The notes under the pieces: generated by a model
What the model was told of the DNA's origin: nothing
What the model saw: only the letters and a program-made list of their open reading frames with translations
The model's database searches: none
Shown here: positions 51,241 through 64,000 of the stretch, piece by piece
How the letters are laid out: each line of letters begins with the position of its first letter
Numbering within the stretch: position 1 is the first letter of the stretch
Position numbers and translations under genes: made by a program
Assembly (NCBI GenBank): GCA_013239625.1
Contig: MU054212.1
Location: 4,746,270-4,810,269, forward strand
Direction of reading: 5' to 3'
DNA length: 64,000 nt
Origin: Lama guanicoe
Lineage: Eukaryota

Positions 51241-53050
51241 TAACATATTAAGAGGATGAGCACTTGTGTGCCTTAATTAACGGATATGGATGATCTGTTA
51301 ACTTATTTCCTGAGGAACGAGTAACAGGGTTTATGAAATCTTCAGTAATGATCTAACAAAGAGTGTCTCAACCTTTTTTAATATTATGCCTGCCTTGGCT
51401 CTTGATATATATAAACTATACACAGATAGTTCTATGTGACATTTCAAAATGAATTGAATATATTGACTTAAAATAAATCAGAGCAAAGGGTAGAGGAGAT
51501 GTTTTGATTTAAACCTCCTTTTATATTTAAAATTTGACTAAATCGCATTGTAACATGCTTCCAACTCTGTGACATTCCATTCCCCAATACCTTCCAAACA
51601 TTAATTTGTAAAAATGTGGGAGATGGTTATGTAAATAAATACTTAAATTTAGCGTCATTGTTGCATATTCTTATAGGTTCTTCTTATAGTTTCCAAATTT
51701 ATGAATGTGAAGAACTGAGCCATTTCAATAACTCCTGGGCTGTCTTTGAGGGTTGACTTATTATTCACCGATGGGAAAATTTAAAAAAGAAGTTTTACCT
51801 GATTCTGAGCACAGTCATTTTTAAATATGGGTCTTCTCAAGAAGAAAAGACTAAATGTAGGTCAGAATTTTTTAGAGAAAAGAAAATTTGGGTACTGAAA
51901 TGGCCCGTAAGGAGTGACGGAGGAAGACATCTAGCTTTCTTGTTTTGGTGCACAGTCCATCCACTGTATCCTTATATTGATTGTCACTAATTATGTAAGT
52001 GTATGAATACTAATATTCTTATATAGCAATACGTGATGCTGAAAGCTAAACAAAGCTTAATTTCTAGGACAAAAGAAGTAAGAGTCAAGGAAAAAACACT
52101 AGATCAACTTGTTCAGGTGTCACCGAATAACTTCCAAAATATGTATTTTTATTGTTGTTGTTTATCCTTTGGATAACCAGAAAATGGCCTGAAAAAAAAA
52201 AAACCAAAAAACTAGAAGGCCTAACATAACTTAAATAACTGGTGTTAGCTTTTCTTAATCCTGAGAATTTTGGCCACAAACTGGTGAATTAACTTTAGGA
52301 GCAGATGGTAGTTTTTAAATTCTAGAAATCCCCGAAGAAAACAAACATATTGTTGACTTTAAGACTAATATTAAAGTGACATTCAGCCTTTTGTCTCACT
52401 GTCTTGTCCCCCCAACCCCCCCGCCGTGTTCAGAGCTTTCAAAGCTCCCCCTACTGAACTCTGGTTAGTTATCACTAGAATCTTAGTTTTACCTGGACCT
52501 CAGCTCACTCTCTCTCTAATCCAGTGGCCCCTCAGACATCCACTGTCTTTAATGTTAGTTATGAAGTCTGGTTTCTTACTGAATTTCCACAATATATCCC
52601 TCAATTTATCATCCTCATTTCCTCATACCTCACCCACCACCATCATCAGAAATTGATGTTTGTTTTAACACTTGGTAGCTCTGATTCAATTCAACTCATA
52701 TTTACTATGCTCTCTAATGTTCTGATGATTGAGCCATCACTAATCAAAGCTGATTATTGCCATTACTGCTCTTTAGTGAGGAATCTAAATTTCAGAGAGG
52801 TTTCAAAATGAGCTATTTGTTTCTAGACTGTTTTTTTCTCCTTTGGGAAGTCACAGAATGCATCAGAATAAAGTTGGCATATGAAATATGTCAAATTTTT
52901 ACAAAAGGAGATAATATGGTAGAGAGAGTTAGAAATATTCAACAGAATGAACAATGAGAAATAGAGTACAAAAGTTAGGAAAATGTAGCTAGACCTTTAA
53001 GTGAGTTTATTTTAATACAATGCTTCCTTTTCTGCATATCACTTTCTGAG

Positions 53051-53086
53051 TGTGAGTGTGTGTGTGTGTGTGTGTGAAAGCATGTT
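53051..53086. repeat. (TG)n microsatellite
   Basis: TG run. Confidence 0.9.
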
Positions 53087-53139
53087 GGAACAAAATCGGA
53101 ACAAAAGCTGTGTCATTACTAAGACACGGCTTGAAAAAT

Positions 53140-53240
53140 ACACTCATTTATTTATTCAACAAATATTTAATGAGCACCGAAAATGTGACCCAAGTAGTTT
53201 AGGAGCTGGTGAATCACAGGTGAAAGGTAGAAATACTACA
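53140..53240 (-). mobile_element. L2 3' end
   Basis: 'cattcatt'-type tail 'catttatttattcaacaaatatttaatgagcacc'. Confidence 0.7.
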
Positions 53241-53824
53241 TACAGCTGATGGATTGGTGAGATTTTACAGAGTAGATAGATCTGACCAAGCCAATTTATA
53301 GAAGATAATTTCCAAAGAGGGTTTGGGAAACAGAGTGAGAGGGGACATGTTTGGAATGCTGAAATAAAGGAAAGATTGTTACCTTTTTTAGACATTTGTC
53401 ACTTGAGCCAGCTTTTTGGAAACATGTCTGGGATTTATGGAGAGAGGAGCTGTAATTAGAATCTGGAGGAGCTGCTCTCACACTGGAATTTGTGCAGTGC
53501 TCATTTTACGGACAGATAATGAAGTGTGACAAGGAGTCAGGACTATGAGTATATTTTATTTACTTTTGCACAGAAGAAACCATGGCTTTTGTGCTTTGAG
53601 TTATCTGTATAATACAGTGATACCTTAGAAGCTTGAAGGTTTGTAGATTTTGGAGTCAAAAGCCTTGACACAAACACCAGCTCCATTAGAGCTGACAACG
53701 TAAAGCTATCAGAAATGGTGGAGTTGGTACCAGGCCTTCAAAAGACTTCCTGGAAGAGCTGGGTGAGATTTTATGGGGAATGGATATCTTAAATTTATAG
53801 TTGCTAAGAGATAGCTTTAGTTTT

Positions 53825-54030
53825 CACAAAGAGCTGGATTTGAATTCAATTCTTTCTCTTACTTCTGAGTTTTGAAACATTTAAAAAATGTTTTAAATTG
53901 TTTCATTTTTATCATCTCTAACACAGAAATAATTAACAGAAGCCACCTTAAGGGATTGTTTCCAGGACTACATTAGCTGGCGCAGGTAAAGTAATTAATT
54001 AGCATGGTGATGAGAATAGTGCAAATGCAT
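53825..54030 (+). mobile_element. MIR fragment
   Basis: 'ctggatttgaattc...catttttatcatctctaacacagaaataat...accttaagggattgtt'. Confidence 0.6.
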
Positions 54031-54171
54031 CCAAAAGTAAAAATTTTAATTATTATGGAGCATTACTTTAAAAAATGTATTAAAATATTAAGAACAATTA
54101 TTGTATTTATAGATTCATACTAAACAACGATATCAAGAAACAAAAGTCACTAGAAGATTATATTGTATATA

Positions 54172-54550
54172 ACTCACTCATTTACTTATTTATTCATTTA
54201 TTCAATAGAATAATGTATTGAGGATACAACCATACAGTCTCTTCCTTTTGGAGAGTTTATTGCGAATGGTATATATAATAAAAGGTCATTTTAAATGCAT
54301 TATGATTAGAGAGGTGTATACAGAATGATATTTTAAAAAATCGTATCACGGAAACAAACTCCATTATATCTGACAGATTCTTCTAAGTAGTGAAGGCAAA
54401 ATGAGACTGAACTCAATGAAAGAGTTCAGGCAAAGAGAACAACGTGTGGAAGAAGGAAGGAGGAAGTATAGATATGATAGTATGCTTAAGACTCTGCAAG
54501 TAAGCTGCGTCCATTGAGGTAGAAGTTGGGGCAAGAAATATAAGACAGGA
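54172..54550 (-). mobile_element. L2 3' fragment
   Basis: 'tattcatttattcaatagaataatgtattgag', 'ttcaggcaaagagaacaacgtgtggaaga'. Confidence 0.55.
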
Positions 54551-56544
54551 CAATGACCCTCTTCCGCTCAGAACCCTGCAAAACCCGTAAGTATAAAGGA
54601 CTCTGACGAATAGAGTATTACCTTACAGCGAAATGGTTTGCAATTAGCATATCTTTACTAGGGCATATGCTTATTATCGTAGTGTTTGGATCCTATAATT
54701 CCTGCTTAGGAAACATAAACGGTATTGATGACACATTGGGGATTCTTTGTGTTCTTACATTACACAATGCGAACTGCCATCAATAAGTAACAATAGCACG
54801 GACTTTCAGCTCAGCAGTTAAGCAAATGTATATTTATGACTGCTGAAATTTAGGAAATTGCTCAGTATTAGTCCTCACTTTTATTGTGGCCTCTAGCCTA
54901 CCTGCCTTTTTGTTCATTAGCACGGGAATTTCATGATCCACTGACAAGGAGACCAGAGCTTATTTCCTGGCCAGATTTCTCATAGACTCTCTAGCTTTGT
55001 TAAACATACAAAACCCAGAGTGGCCATAACTTGGTACATTTGGTCACTGTAGACAACAAACAGGAATAATTTATAGGCACAAAATGACATTTTCCAACAA
55101 CAGCAACCAATTTTGCCTTATAAATAAACCTATGGCTCTTTTTCAATTTCTCACTTTAGGGTGCTTTTGATACACTTATTTTATGTTAATTTTCTTTACA
55201 GATCCCAAGTTATGAATCTCCTTATTTAAACTTATCCTATCGCAAACAACAAAGTAAAGACAAAAATTGTTTTAATCTAACTACTTCTTTGATGCTTCCA
55301 ACAATATAATTTTAAATCCCACTGACGCCTTTCAGCTTGATGCCTTTCCCCTCTTGTTGCCCTTCCTGTCTCCCTGAGAATGAATTTCTTTCCTCACTTG
55401 TTATTAACTTCATGCTCATTTGTCCTAGGGAGAACTCATCACTGTTAGCCGTGCCTTTGTCATTACGTGAACACCACTTTACAGCTGTATCTAGCCCTTT
55501 GGCAGGTGCACGCTCCTCTGTGGTCTTTGTACAGGTCTTGCTGTACGTTCATGCACTTTCTATTTTTGGATGTTTATTTTTCCACAGGGCTCTTTGTGCT
55601 TTATTGGGTCTGCCTGGAGATAATTGAAATCAGTAGGAAAAGCAGTAGAAGCAAAAAGTCTAATTAGCTCATTGATAGCTACAAAATTTTTCTGGGAATT
55701 TATGATAATCTGTATCTTCCTACCTCGATTACCTCTATTCAACTGAATTTAGAGAGTTTGAAATATTTTCAGGGCACTCTATGACCAGTAACAGTTAAGA
55801 AAAATAAAGCAGCCATTTAATTTTAGTCAATGTTAAATTTTCTGCACCAAGTCCATATGCAAACTGAATGACATTTAATATTGCTAATTTTATCACTTTT
55901 TGTGCAAAGTGATCTTTGTGTTATAAATATTATTCTTTGGCCATTTCAGTTACATATGGGGTATAGAGAATGAAAATTAATTTGTTTTGGAGTGAACATT
56001 TCTTTGCCTAGCACATTTTAACTCTCACACTTGAAGAAAGCTCTACGGGTTTCAATTGTTTGGCATTAAAATAGATGTTATAGCATTGCGCAAAGCATTT
56101 CGAAGTTCGGTAATAGCTGTGGAGTCATTCTCATTTGAAACGTAAGGCATAACCCTGAAAAAAGCAGCAATGTTATCAAAACATCTAGGATGTGAGAAGA
56201 ATATCACAAAGTTGCTTCTAGAGCTTGTTTGACTCTTAGGTTTATATTTCAAGTCCTCTGATCGCTCTAAGCTACTGCCAAGGAGTTTTATATGAATGCA
56301 AAACAACTAAAAGGAGCAAGATACTGCAGTTAAGAGGCTAGCTTAGAGGGTACAGGACTATTAATCTTCTTTGCGGGGGGAGGGGAGGCATGTAAAAAAC
56401 CTGCATTGCTGGCTTTGAGGGTGATTCACATTGAAGTTCCTGGTTATTAAAACATTTTAAAATAAATGAGGATCCTTTTTACAAGAGACTCTAGCTTAAA
56501 CTGTTTCTGCATTTATAATAAAAATAATTCATTCTACTCTGAGC

Positions 56545-56700
56545 TCCTTCATTCACTCATTTATTTATCCTTTAGTTTACACTTACCATGTGTTAACCAC
56601 TATTCTAGAACCTGGGGAAACAGTGACAAAAAAGACAGAAAAGGAACTAATTTCATCCATTTTATAATTAAGGACTGGTAAACAGTATCAACTTTTAAGA
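56545..56700 (-). mobile_element. L2 3' end
   Basis: 'cattcactcattt...cacttaccatgtgttaaccactattctagaacctggggaaacagtgacaaaaaagacag'. Confidence 0.7.
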
Positions 56701-58039
56701 ACCAGAATGAGGAGCATTGGCTTATTATGGAAGTCATAAGAGAAAAGCATAGATTTGTGGGCAATTAAAATAAATCACACAACAACAATTAGCTGTTATA
56801 AAGAAAGAAATCATAGTATCCTGAGATGAAGGGTAATTGGCATTTACTAGATGAGCAAAAGATCATGGATAGAATATTGAAAAATGCTATTATTTTGAAT
56901 GATTATTTAATTCCAAAAACAATTAGCATCATAAAATAGGTTGTTAGGGGAGATGGTTATCTGGTAGCACATATAGTTTGATCATTACTGGCAACAGCCA
57001 AGAGAAACAACAAAAAGATGAAAGTTTCATGGGCCATAAAGTTTTATTTTTTTCTTATTTGAAATCACCATTTACTTGGGAGTAGAGTGAGTTTAATGAT
57101 TGTATTATTAATATTTTCATTAATGTTTCTCTTTGTGAAGAACAATGTGTGTCTTACTCTACATCCATATTAATGTATATTTATAATTTTGGCAGAGTAA
57201 TCATTTGAAATAACCTCTTCTCAGCTGTTAGACATATATTATTTGATTACAGGCATGAAATCTGCTAAGAAGTTTAAGATTTCAGTGTCAGGAAAACTTT
57301 ATAACTATTTTCTCTATTTAAAAAAATGATCCATGTCATTATTACAATATCAAAATTTTCTCTTTTCTTCCTTTAAAAAGCTCCTTTTTAGTTGACACTG
57401 TTACACAGTAGTAGGATATACAAGCTACAATCAGAAATACACTAAAATATTGATGTTGCCAAGAAATATTTTGTATTTGTTCTTTTTATATTGAAAAATT
57501 CTTGTTCAACTTGTAAATTTTTACTTTCTGCTCCTTTTTAAATTGCTAATAACCTTCTTGCCTCCCATAGCTTCTATCATGGATAATGTGTCTTTTTCAA
57601 ATAGTGGAAAATTTGTCCACTATCTCTGACTTGTCAGAATAGTCCAGGTTTAAGCTATTGCCTTACTGCAGTTATGAAGGCATCCATACTCACAAAACAC
57701 AGTTTGCATAGTTAGCTCGCTCCATCGACATCTTCATACATATACCTCATACTTAGGTTATATTTTTGACATATTCTGTACCTACCAATATCAAAGATCT
57801 TTCAATAGGAACAAAGAGTGAAAAGGCATTTGTGATAAATAGACGGTATTGAGAGATTATTACCAAGCTGAATAAAGTCTCAAAAATTGCAAGTCTTTGC
57901 TCTATTTCATTATCTTTAGTGATTTAAATAGATTTTGATGCATTTAAAACTAGATGTACTTAAGAAATATAGTATGAAAGTGTGGTTCAATAATTAATGA
58001 AAATTAGCTCTATGGCCATAAAACCATCGTGGTCCATAT

Positions 58040-58490
58040 ATTCAGAAACATTAAAACTGTATAGGCAATATATTATGCTAGGCACTAAGAAAACAAAGAT
58101 AAATGAGACAGAGTCCTTTATTTCCAGGAGCACATAGTCTAACAGGAAGTACAAATAATTAAAACACTTTATAAAAATTATTACTGATACATCAGGTAAA
58201 TATGAATATCACAATTTCCCCTATGCTGCAGATGTAGAACACGACATATGATTTGGATATTGAAGACAAGTTTGAGTTTCTGTGAAGAGAGAAGAAAGAT
58301 GAGCAAACCAAGCAGCAGGAGTCATGTTTCCAAAGGCATTAAAATAGAATATAGAATCTTATCTGTTTTATGAACAACTGAACCTGAGTTTTGTACAGGT
58401 TGTTTGGAGGAATCAATCTTGTTGGACACATAGAGAAATAGGTAGATAGACTTCACACAAGTGTTAAGGGCCTTTGTATGGCATGCTAAT
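58040..58490 (-). mobile_element. L2 3' fragment
   Basis: 'tgctaggcactaagaaaacaaagataaatgagacagagtcc...caggagcacatagtcta'. Confidence 0.7.
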
Positions 58491-58942
58491 TGGTTTGGAT
58501 TTTGGAAATAAAATGACTTGATAGAATTTTAGCATCCAGAGGAAAAAAGAGACATTTAACAAAATACAGTGCAGACTGATATTTGCAAAATGTAATAAGC
58601 CTGAAAGGAATTTCCCATTTGATCTTTAAAATTTGAATGCAAATGTATTTAAAATGTTTGAAAACTGCTAACCACCATAGCCAAAACATGAAATTTCATA
58701 TATTTCTTAATTGAAGTTAAATATATAGATTTTGGATGTGTTTTCTAGTTGTAGTTTTTACTATCAGATGTAACACGTGACATTTTACTTATCAACTAAA
58801 AACAGATACTGAGGTTTTCTAGGAGAATAGAATTAAAAATAAAACTTACATGGACTAAAGTAAAAAAAAATTATTACAAAAATAAGTAGAAGGAACAAAG
58901 CATTTACTATCACTGCTCAAGGTAAGAGGGTACAACCTAATA

Positions 58943-59412
58943 CAGGTATATCTTTGAGATACGGTTTCGGACCTCCACAATAAAGTAGGTATAACAAAAA
59001 AGTCACAGGAATTTTTTGGTTTCCCAGTGCATATAAAAGTTAAGTTTACACTATACTTTAGTGGATAATGGGTGCAATAGCATTATGTCTAAAAATACAA
59101 TGCATATACTTTAAACAAAAATACTTTATTACTAAAAAATGCCTAACCATCACCTGAGCCTTCAGCAAGTCCTAAACTTTTTGCAATAGTAACAAAGACC
59201 ACTAATCACAGATCACCATATAAAATACAGCAGAAAAGTTTGAAATATGAGAATTATCAAAATATGACACAGAGACATGAAATGAGCAAATGCTATCAGA
59301 AAAATGACAACAGACTTGCTGGATGCGGGGTTACCACACGCTTTCAGTTTGTAAACAATGCAGTATGTGCAAAGCACAATAAAACAAAGTGCAATAAAAC
59401 AAGGTATTCCTG
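58943..59412 (-). mobile_element. Tigger1 internal-deletion derivative (Tigger1a-type), complete with TIRs
   Basis: TA flanks on both sides (58941-58942, 59413-59414). TIRs 'caggtatatctt' and 'aaggtattcctg'. Both Tigger1 ends present and the transposase absent. Confidence 0.92.
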
Positions 59413-60789
59413 TAATATAAACTTGGAAAATGTGCACAGATAGATTTTATTGTGAACTTTTTGCTTGCCCCCACTCCCATATACACAAAATTAAAGAAAA
59501 AGGTGAAACCTTGTGAACAATTTGAGAAAATATATTATTAAGTTACTTAAAATAAGTAAGTAAATCATAAATCATTGAATATCAGAGGGAAAGAACAAGT
59601 ATCTAAGATAGAAAGAGGCTGATTTTTTTATGGTGGGTGATTGTTTTTGTTTTTTTCTTCCCCACAAAGCATTCAATGCCAGAATAGAGTAGATTAACCT
59701 CTGCAACAGATTGAGAAAGAAAGTAGTCTTGAACGCATAATGGATCAGAGATACGTCACCTGTATACCCTAAAAAATAAATTTTAACATTACTTTCAGGT
59801 AATAAGTATTCCAGCTAAGAGAGAACTCAAAAAACAGTCTATCAGGACTGAGGAGCCGTGATATGAAAAATGTGGTGGTGAGTAATGGATTTATTAAAAT
59901 ATAGAACAAAGGGTAAACAAGTTTGAGATATTATTTAAATAACATAAATATTACAATGTTTTAAATAGGTTTTGTGACATTTAATATTATTACATATAAT
60001 GCCTTAGGATAACTATTTCTAAAGCTTCATAAAAAATTGGGAATTTAACATTATTTGGGGAAGGTATGTGAAATGAAATAAAATAATACTTCATTTCTTA
60101 AGGTAGTGAAACTATAAACTTGGTTATATTAATTAAATTTGTAAAAATAACACTAGAAGACTGAAGGTAACATATGTATATATATCTTCCCAGGCTTCAA
60201 AAAAAAGAAGGAAAAAGAAAAAAGGCATACAGGAAGATAATGTAAGGAAAAACAATATATATGGAAATGTAGTTTCAGTTAAAATCTTGAGGAAGCATCT
60301 AGATATCCCAAGAAGTAATTTCTCAAACTGTAAGGCACACCAGAGAAGTTGTGAAATCATAGTTAAAAAAAAAGTTTTTAAGGAAATATTTCAGATCTTC
60401 TAGTCAGAGTAGTCGCCTGATTGCAATAGGCCCCCCAGCACAGCAATAGTCTCTTTTATCAACTTTGCAGTAATTCCTTCAAATAAAGTCTCCCCTTAAT
60501 AAAAACACAACAACAACAACACTCTGAATAAACAAAACACTGGAGAGCTCAAAATATAAAACTTAAGTGAACTAAATTTCAGCAAGTGACCAGCCTTTCA
60601 TAGGAGAGGAAGGAGACACTCATCCCTGGAGAAGCCATCAGGAGAAAGGAACCTAGTACAAATGGGGTTTAAAAATGCCAATGTTTATCTTATAATCAAT
60701 ATTTATCTTTTGATTTTCAAAAATAAATCAATCTAAAGAAGAGATACAAGAATAGTGCACGCATCTTTTTAAAGATCTATGTGAAAGAC

Positions 60790-61090
60790 ATTTTACTCCA
60801 TACTCAAAAAATTAATGCAAAATGTATCATAGAACTGAAAACAAAAATAACCCAGGCCATAAAGCCTCTAGAGGAAAACACAGGGTAATACCTTCATAGC
60901 TTTGGAATATGCATAGATGCACTGGACAGTATATAAAAAACAGAAAAGTCTGGCATTTCCTTGTAATCTAACTCTACTCTAGAGGAAAGCAAACATGGAT
61001 ATATACAACTTTCAAAACTCACTGAAGTGAGAAATTAGGATGTTGTTATTTTATTATATCTAAATTGTACTACATAAATTTTATAAAATA
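60790..61090 (+). mobile_element. L1 ORF2 and 3'UTR fragments
   Basis: 'ccatactcaaaaaattaatgcaaaatgtatcataga...ataaagcctctagaggaaaacacagg'. Confidence 0.7.
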
Positions 61091-61199
61091 GGATCAGGGA
61101 TTTTTAGATCAAACATTCCTATGCCAATAAATACTGATACATTTAAAAGGACTGAACTCAAATATCTTAGCAACAAAGGGCACTCAGATTTAAAATACG

Positions 61200-61840
61200 A
61201 GTATTTGTATAAAGGAGATATATTTAAAAAAAAAAAATTCGCTCAAAGTTTTCAGGTAGAAAGAACAAGGCCAAACACTTATTAGTTAAGGAAACAAATA
61301 GTAGACAAAGGTAAAAGTTAGAAAGTTTTATTGTGTTCTTTATTTATGTGTGTTTTGATTTAAAAAAAAAACTATAGTGCCAGTTTAAGAAAAGTAATAA
61401 TACATGTTTTTAAAAGCAGAAGTTAATGAATTAAAATGATAAAAAATTATAATTAAATAATTAAGTGATAGATTAAAAACATTAACATAAGAAAGTAGAA
61501 ATATTCAAAGATAAATGGGAAATAAATTTAGCTGTTGAGGTATAATTTCACAAAAAGCAATACAAATATGTTTGAAAGTGAACTTTTAGGAATCTATAAT
61601 AAAGTATTAAAATTGATTCAAGAGGTATAAAACCTTAAATAGATGAATTATCATTTAAAAAAAATACAGAATGTTGACAAAGAATGGTCTTCTCCAAAAT
61701 ATCACACTTTCATGATTTATCAAGTAAACAATTTCAAATCATTGAACAAATAATTCCAGTACAATTTAATTTGAAAAGAAAATAAAAGCTCCCAAATTCC
61801 CTTCACAAAGTCAGAATTATCACGGTAAGAAAACTGTACA
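61200..61840 (+). mobile_element. Old L1M ORF2 fragments
   Basis: A-rich degenerate motifs 'aaaccttaaatagatgaattatca', 'aagctcccaaattcccttcacaaag'. Confidence 0.5.
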
Positions 61841-62217
61841 GACAAACCACATGTACTTCCTTAGATTCTGAAATACACTGATAGTACATTATTTTTTATA
61901 TTCTTGGTTGGGTGGAAATACAAGTTTGAGTCCTAGGTTTTCTGGCCAGCTGACCCCACATTCTGAGCTCATTCATATGACTGGTCAGAGAAATTATCCT
62001 TTCCTTGTTCCATATTTCAGGGTGAAAATATTGCATATTTCACAATTAATTATGATGTTATAAGCCCTCTTCTTGAGTTCTTCTATTAAAATGGTACAGT
62101 TTCACCTCTTATAGGATGAATTTTGGTCAACGGAAGATAAGGGGAATTTAACATAAAAAAATCCTTTCTCCATTTTCCCTCTGTAGACTGTTGAGGTGAA
62201 GTTTATTTTATGCATGA

Positions 62218-62614
62218 TATTATGGACTGAAAAATGCTCTTCCAAATTCCTGCATTGAAGCCCTAACACTCAGTTTCTCAGAATACAACTGTGTTTGGAC
62301 ATAGTATGGAGGTGATTATGCTAAAATGAGGCTGGTAGGTTGGTCCCTAATCCAGTCAGGCTGGTGTCCTTGTAAGATGGAATTTGGACACACAAAGAGA
62401 TACCAGGGGTGAGCACACATAGAGGAGAGACCATTTGAGGACACAGCAAAGAGTGGTGACTGCAATCCAAGGAAAGAGGCCTCAGAAGAAACCAAAGCTG
62501 CCAACACATTGATCTTGGACTACTATCCTTCGTAACTGAGAGGAACCAAGTTTCTGTTGTTTAAGCCACTCAGTTTGTAGTTGTTTGTTATGGTAACCCT
62601 AGCAAACTAATGCC
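62218..62614 (+). mobile_element. MLT1B-like MaLR solo LTR, full length
   Basis: 'tattatggactga...gaagccctaacactcag...ccctaatccagtcaggctggtgtccttgtaaga...gaggcctcagaagaaaccaa...ccctagcaaactaatgcc'. Flanks CATGA / TGTGA are compatible with a CpG-decayed CGTGA TSD. Confidence 0.92.
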
Positions 62615-63141
62615 TGTGACCAAACACACTTTCTAAGCTACCTATCGTGTCTCTGCCTGGTTTTTTACCAACAAGTGGCCAACAATAACCTATGACACCA
62701 TGTCACTTACTTCCTTTTTACCTATTTATCTTTGTTTCCTCACTCCTATTGGACTTGTACTTCACAATTAAAGTGTCAGTATTTTAATCCTTGCTTTGAG
62801 ACTCTGCTTTCTAAGCTAAGACAGCAAACTGGTAAAGGTCTAGTAAAAAAAAGAAAAAAGACTAAGATTATGGTAATACAGAAAAATAAGTACCAATAAG
62901 AAGAATCTCTGAACACTAAATACATAGGACAAAACATAATTTAGTCTTAAGAAATTTATATTATCCTCTAAATATTTATATAAAAATTAATTCATCTTTG
63001 ATTCCAGATCAAAGCTGAAATATATCATGAATACATATATTCACAATTAAAAACACACAAATTATATGTGTGTAAGTAAAAGCCTTTATCTTGTTTAATA
63101 GCAAAGTACATGATATATTCCTATTAAAATAAATGAGGTAA

Positions 63142-63949
63142 AAGAAGATATACAGATGGCTAACAGGCAATGAAAAGATGCTGCTCAACATCACTAATCA
63201 TCAGAGAAATGCAAATCAGAATCACAATGAGATAGCTAACATCTGCCAGAACGGCTATTATCAAAAAGTCTACAAATAACAAATGTTGGTGAGGGTGTGA
63301 AGAAAAGGGAACCCTAGTACTGTTGGGAGAAATGTAAATCAGTGCATCTATTATGGAAAGCAGTATGGAAGTTCTTCAAAACACTAAAACAGAACTACCA
63401 TATGATCCAGCAATTCCACTCCTGGGTATATAACCAGAGAAAGCAAAAACAGTAATTTGAAAAGATATATGCACCTCAGTAGTCATAGCAGCATTATTTA
63501 CAATAGCCAAGATACGGAAGCAACGTAAGTGTCCATCAACAGATGAATGGATGAAGAAGATACACATGCATATAATGGAATAATATTCAGCCAAAAAAAG
63601 AGAATAAAATTCTGTCATTTGCAACAATGTGGATGGACCTAGGGTATTGTGCTTAGTAAAATCAGTTAGACAGAGAAAGACAAATACCGTATGTTAGGAA
63701 GAAGCCAGTGGTTACCAGTGGGGAGAGGGAAGAAAGGAGGAACAAGGTAGGTATAGGGAATTAAGAGCTATAAACTACAATATATAAAATAAATAAACAA
63801 CAAGAATATAGTGGATAGCACAGGGACATATAGTCAGTATTTTATAATAACTTTAGATGGACTATAATCTATAAAAATATTGAACCACTATGTTGTACAC
63901 CTAAAACTAACAAAATATTGTAAATCAACTATGTATCAATAAAAAATAG
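63142..63949 (+). mobile_element. 5'-truncated L1 (L1MA9-like) with TSD
   Basis: L1 ORF2 C-terminus and 3'UTR motifs. TSD AATAAATGAGGTAA (63128-63141) / AATAAATGAGATAA (63950-63963). Confidence 0.93.
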
Positions 63950-64000
63950 AATAAATGAGATAAGGGAGGAGGAGAGAAGAAGAGGAAGAAAACAAAGAAG

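Noticed and set aside
57612..57680. Possible hAT-Blackjack (MER81/MER94-like) fragment
   Set aside because: Similarity too short and degenerate to support by eye.
59575..59785. Minus-strand acceptor-like tttattttttag followed by a ~60-codon open frame
   Set aside because: The peptide is unrecognised and runs through low-complexity sequence, with no supporting partner exons.
434..63627. Short ORFs (60-137 aa) in the supplied track as genes
   Set aside because: No recognisable cellular protein. Compositions reflect AT-rich or repeat DNA, many start at non-ATG codons, and the recognisable ones are decayed L1 ORF2 or ERV-L Pol.
1..64000. CRISPR arrays, tRNA/rRNA/snRNA genes, processed pseudogenes, NUMTs, CpG islands
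   Set aside because: No regularly interspaced repeats, structural RNA motifs, mRNA-like or mitochondrial sequence, or CpG-rich tract was recognised.

Overview
Strongly AT-rich, CpG-poor placental-mammal genomic DNA (intergenic or deep intronic). I recognise no intact protein-coding gene, RNA gene or CpG island. The short ORFs in the track are chance ORFs or decayed transposon remnants. The window is dominated by fossil repeats: L1 (L1MC/L1MD/L1ME/L1MA-like, plus younger artiodactyl/camelid-type 3' ends), L2, MIR, MaLR LTRs (MLT1), DNA transposons (MER45A, MER47, MER5, a Tigger1 deletion derivative) and a ~1 kb decayed ERV-L pol fragment (RNase H to integrase). The repeat spectrum suggests a laurasiatherian, probably a camelid (inference). 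The most distinctive structures are a 623-bp LTR (4624-5246) with a perfect 6-bp target-site duplication and an odd doubled 3' end containing a PBS-like remnant, and an apparently perfect 538-bp tandem duplication (5164-5701 / 5702-6239) that starts inside that LTR. I found no convincing evidence of a new biological system. Repeat subfamily names were assigned by eye from remembered consensus sequences, and most boundaries of old elements are approximate.
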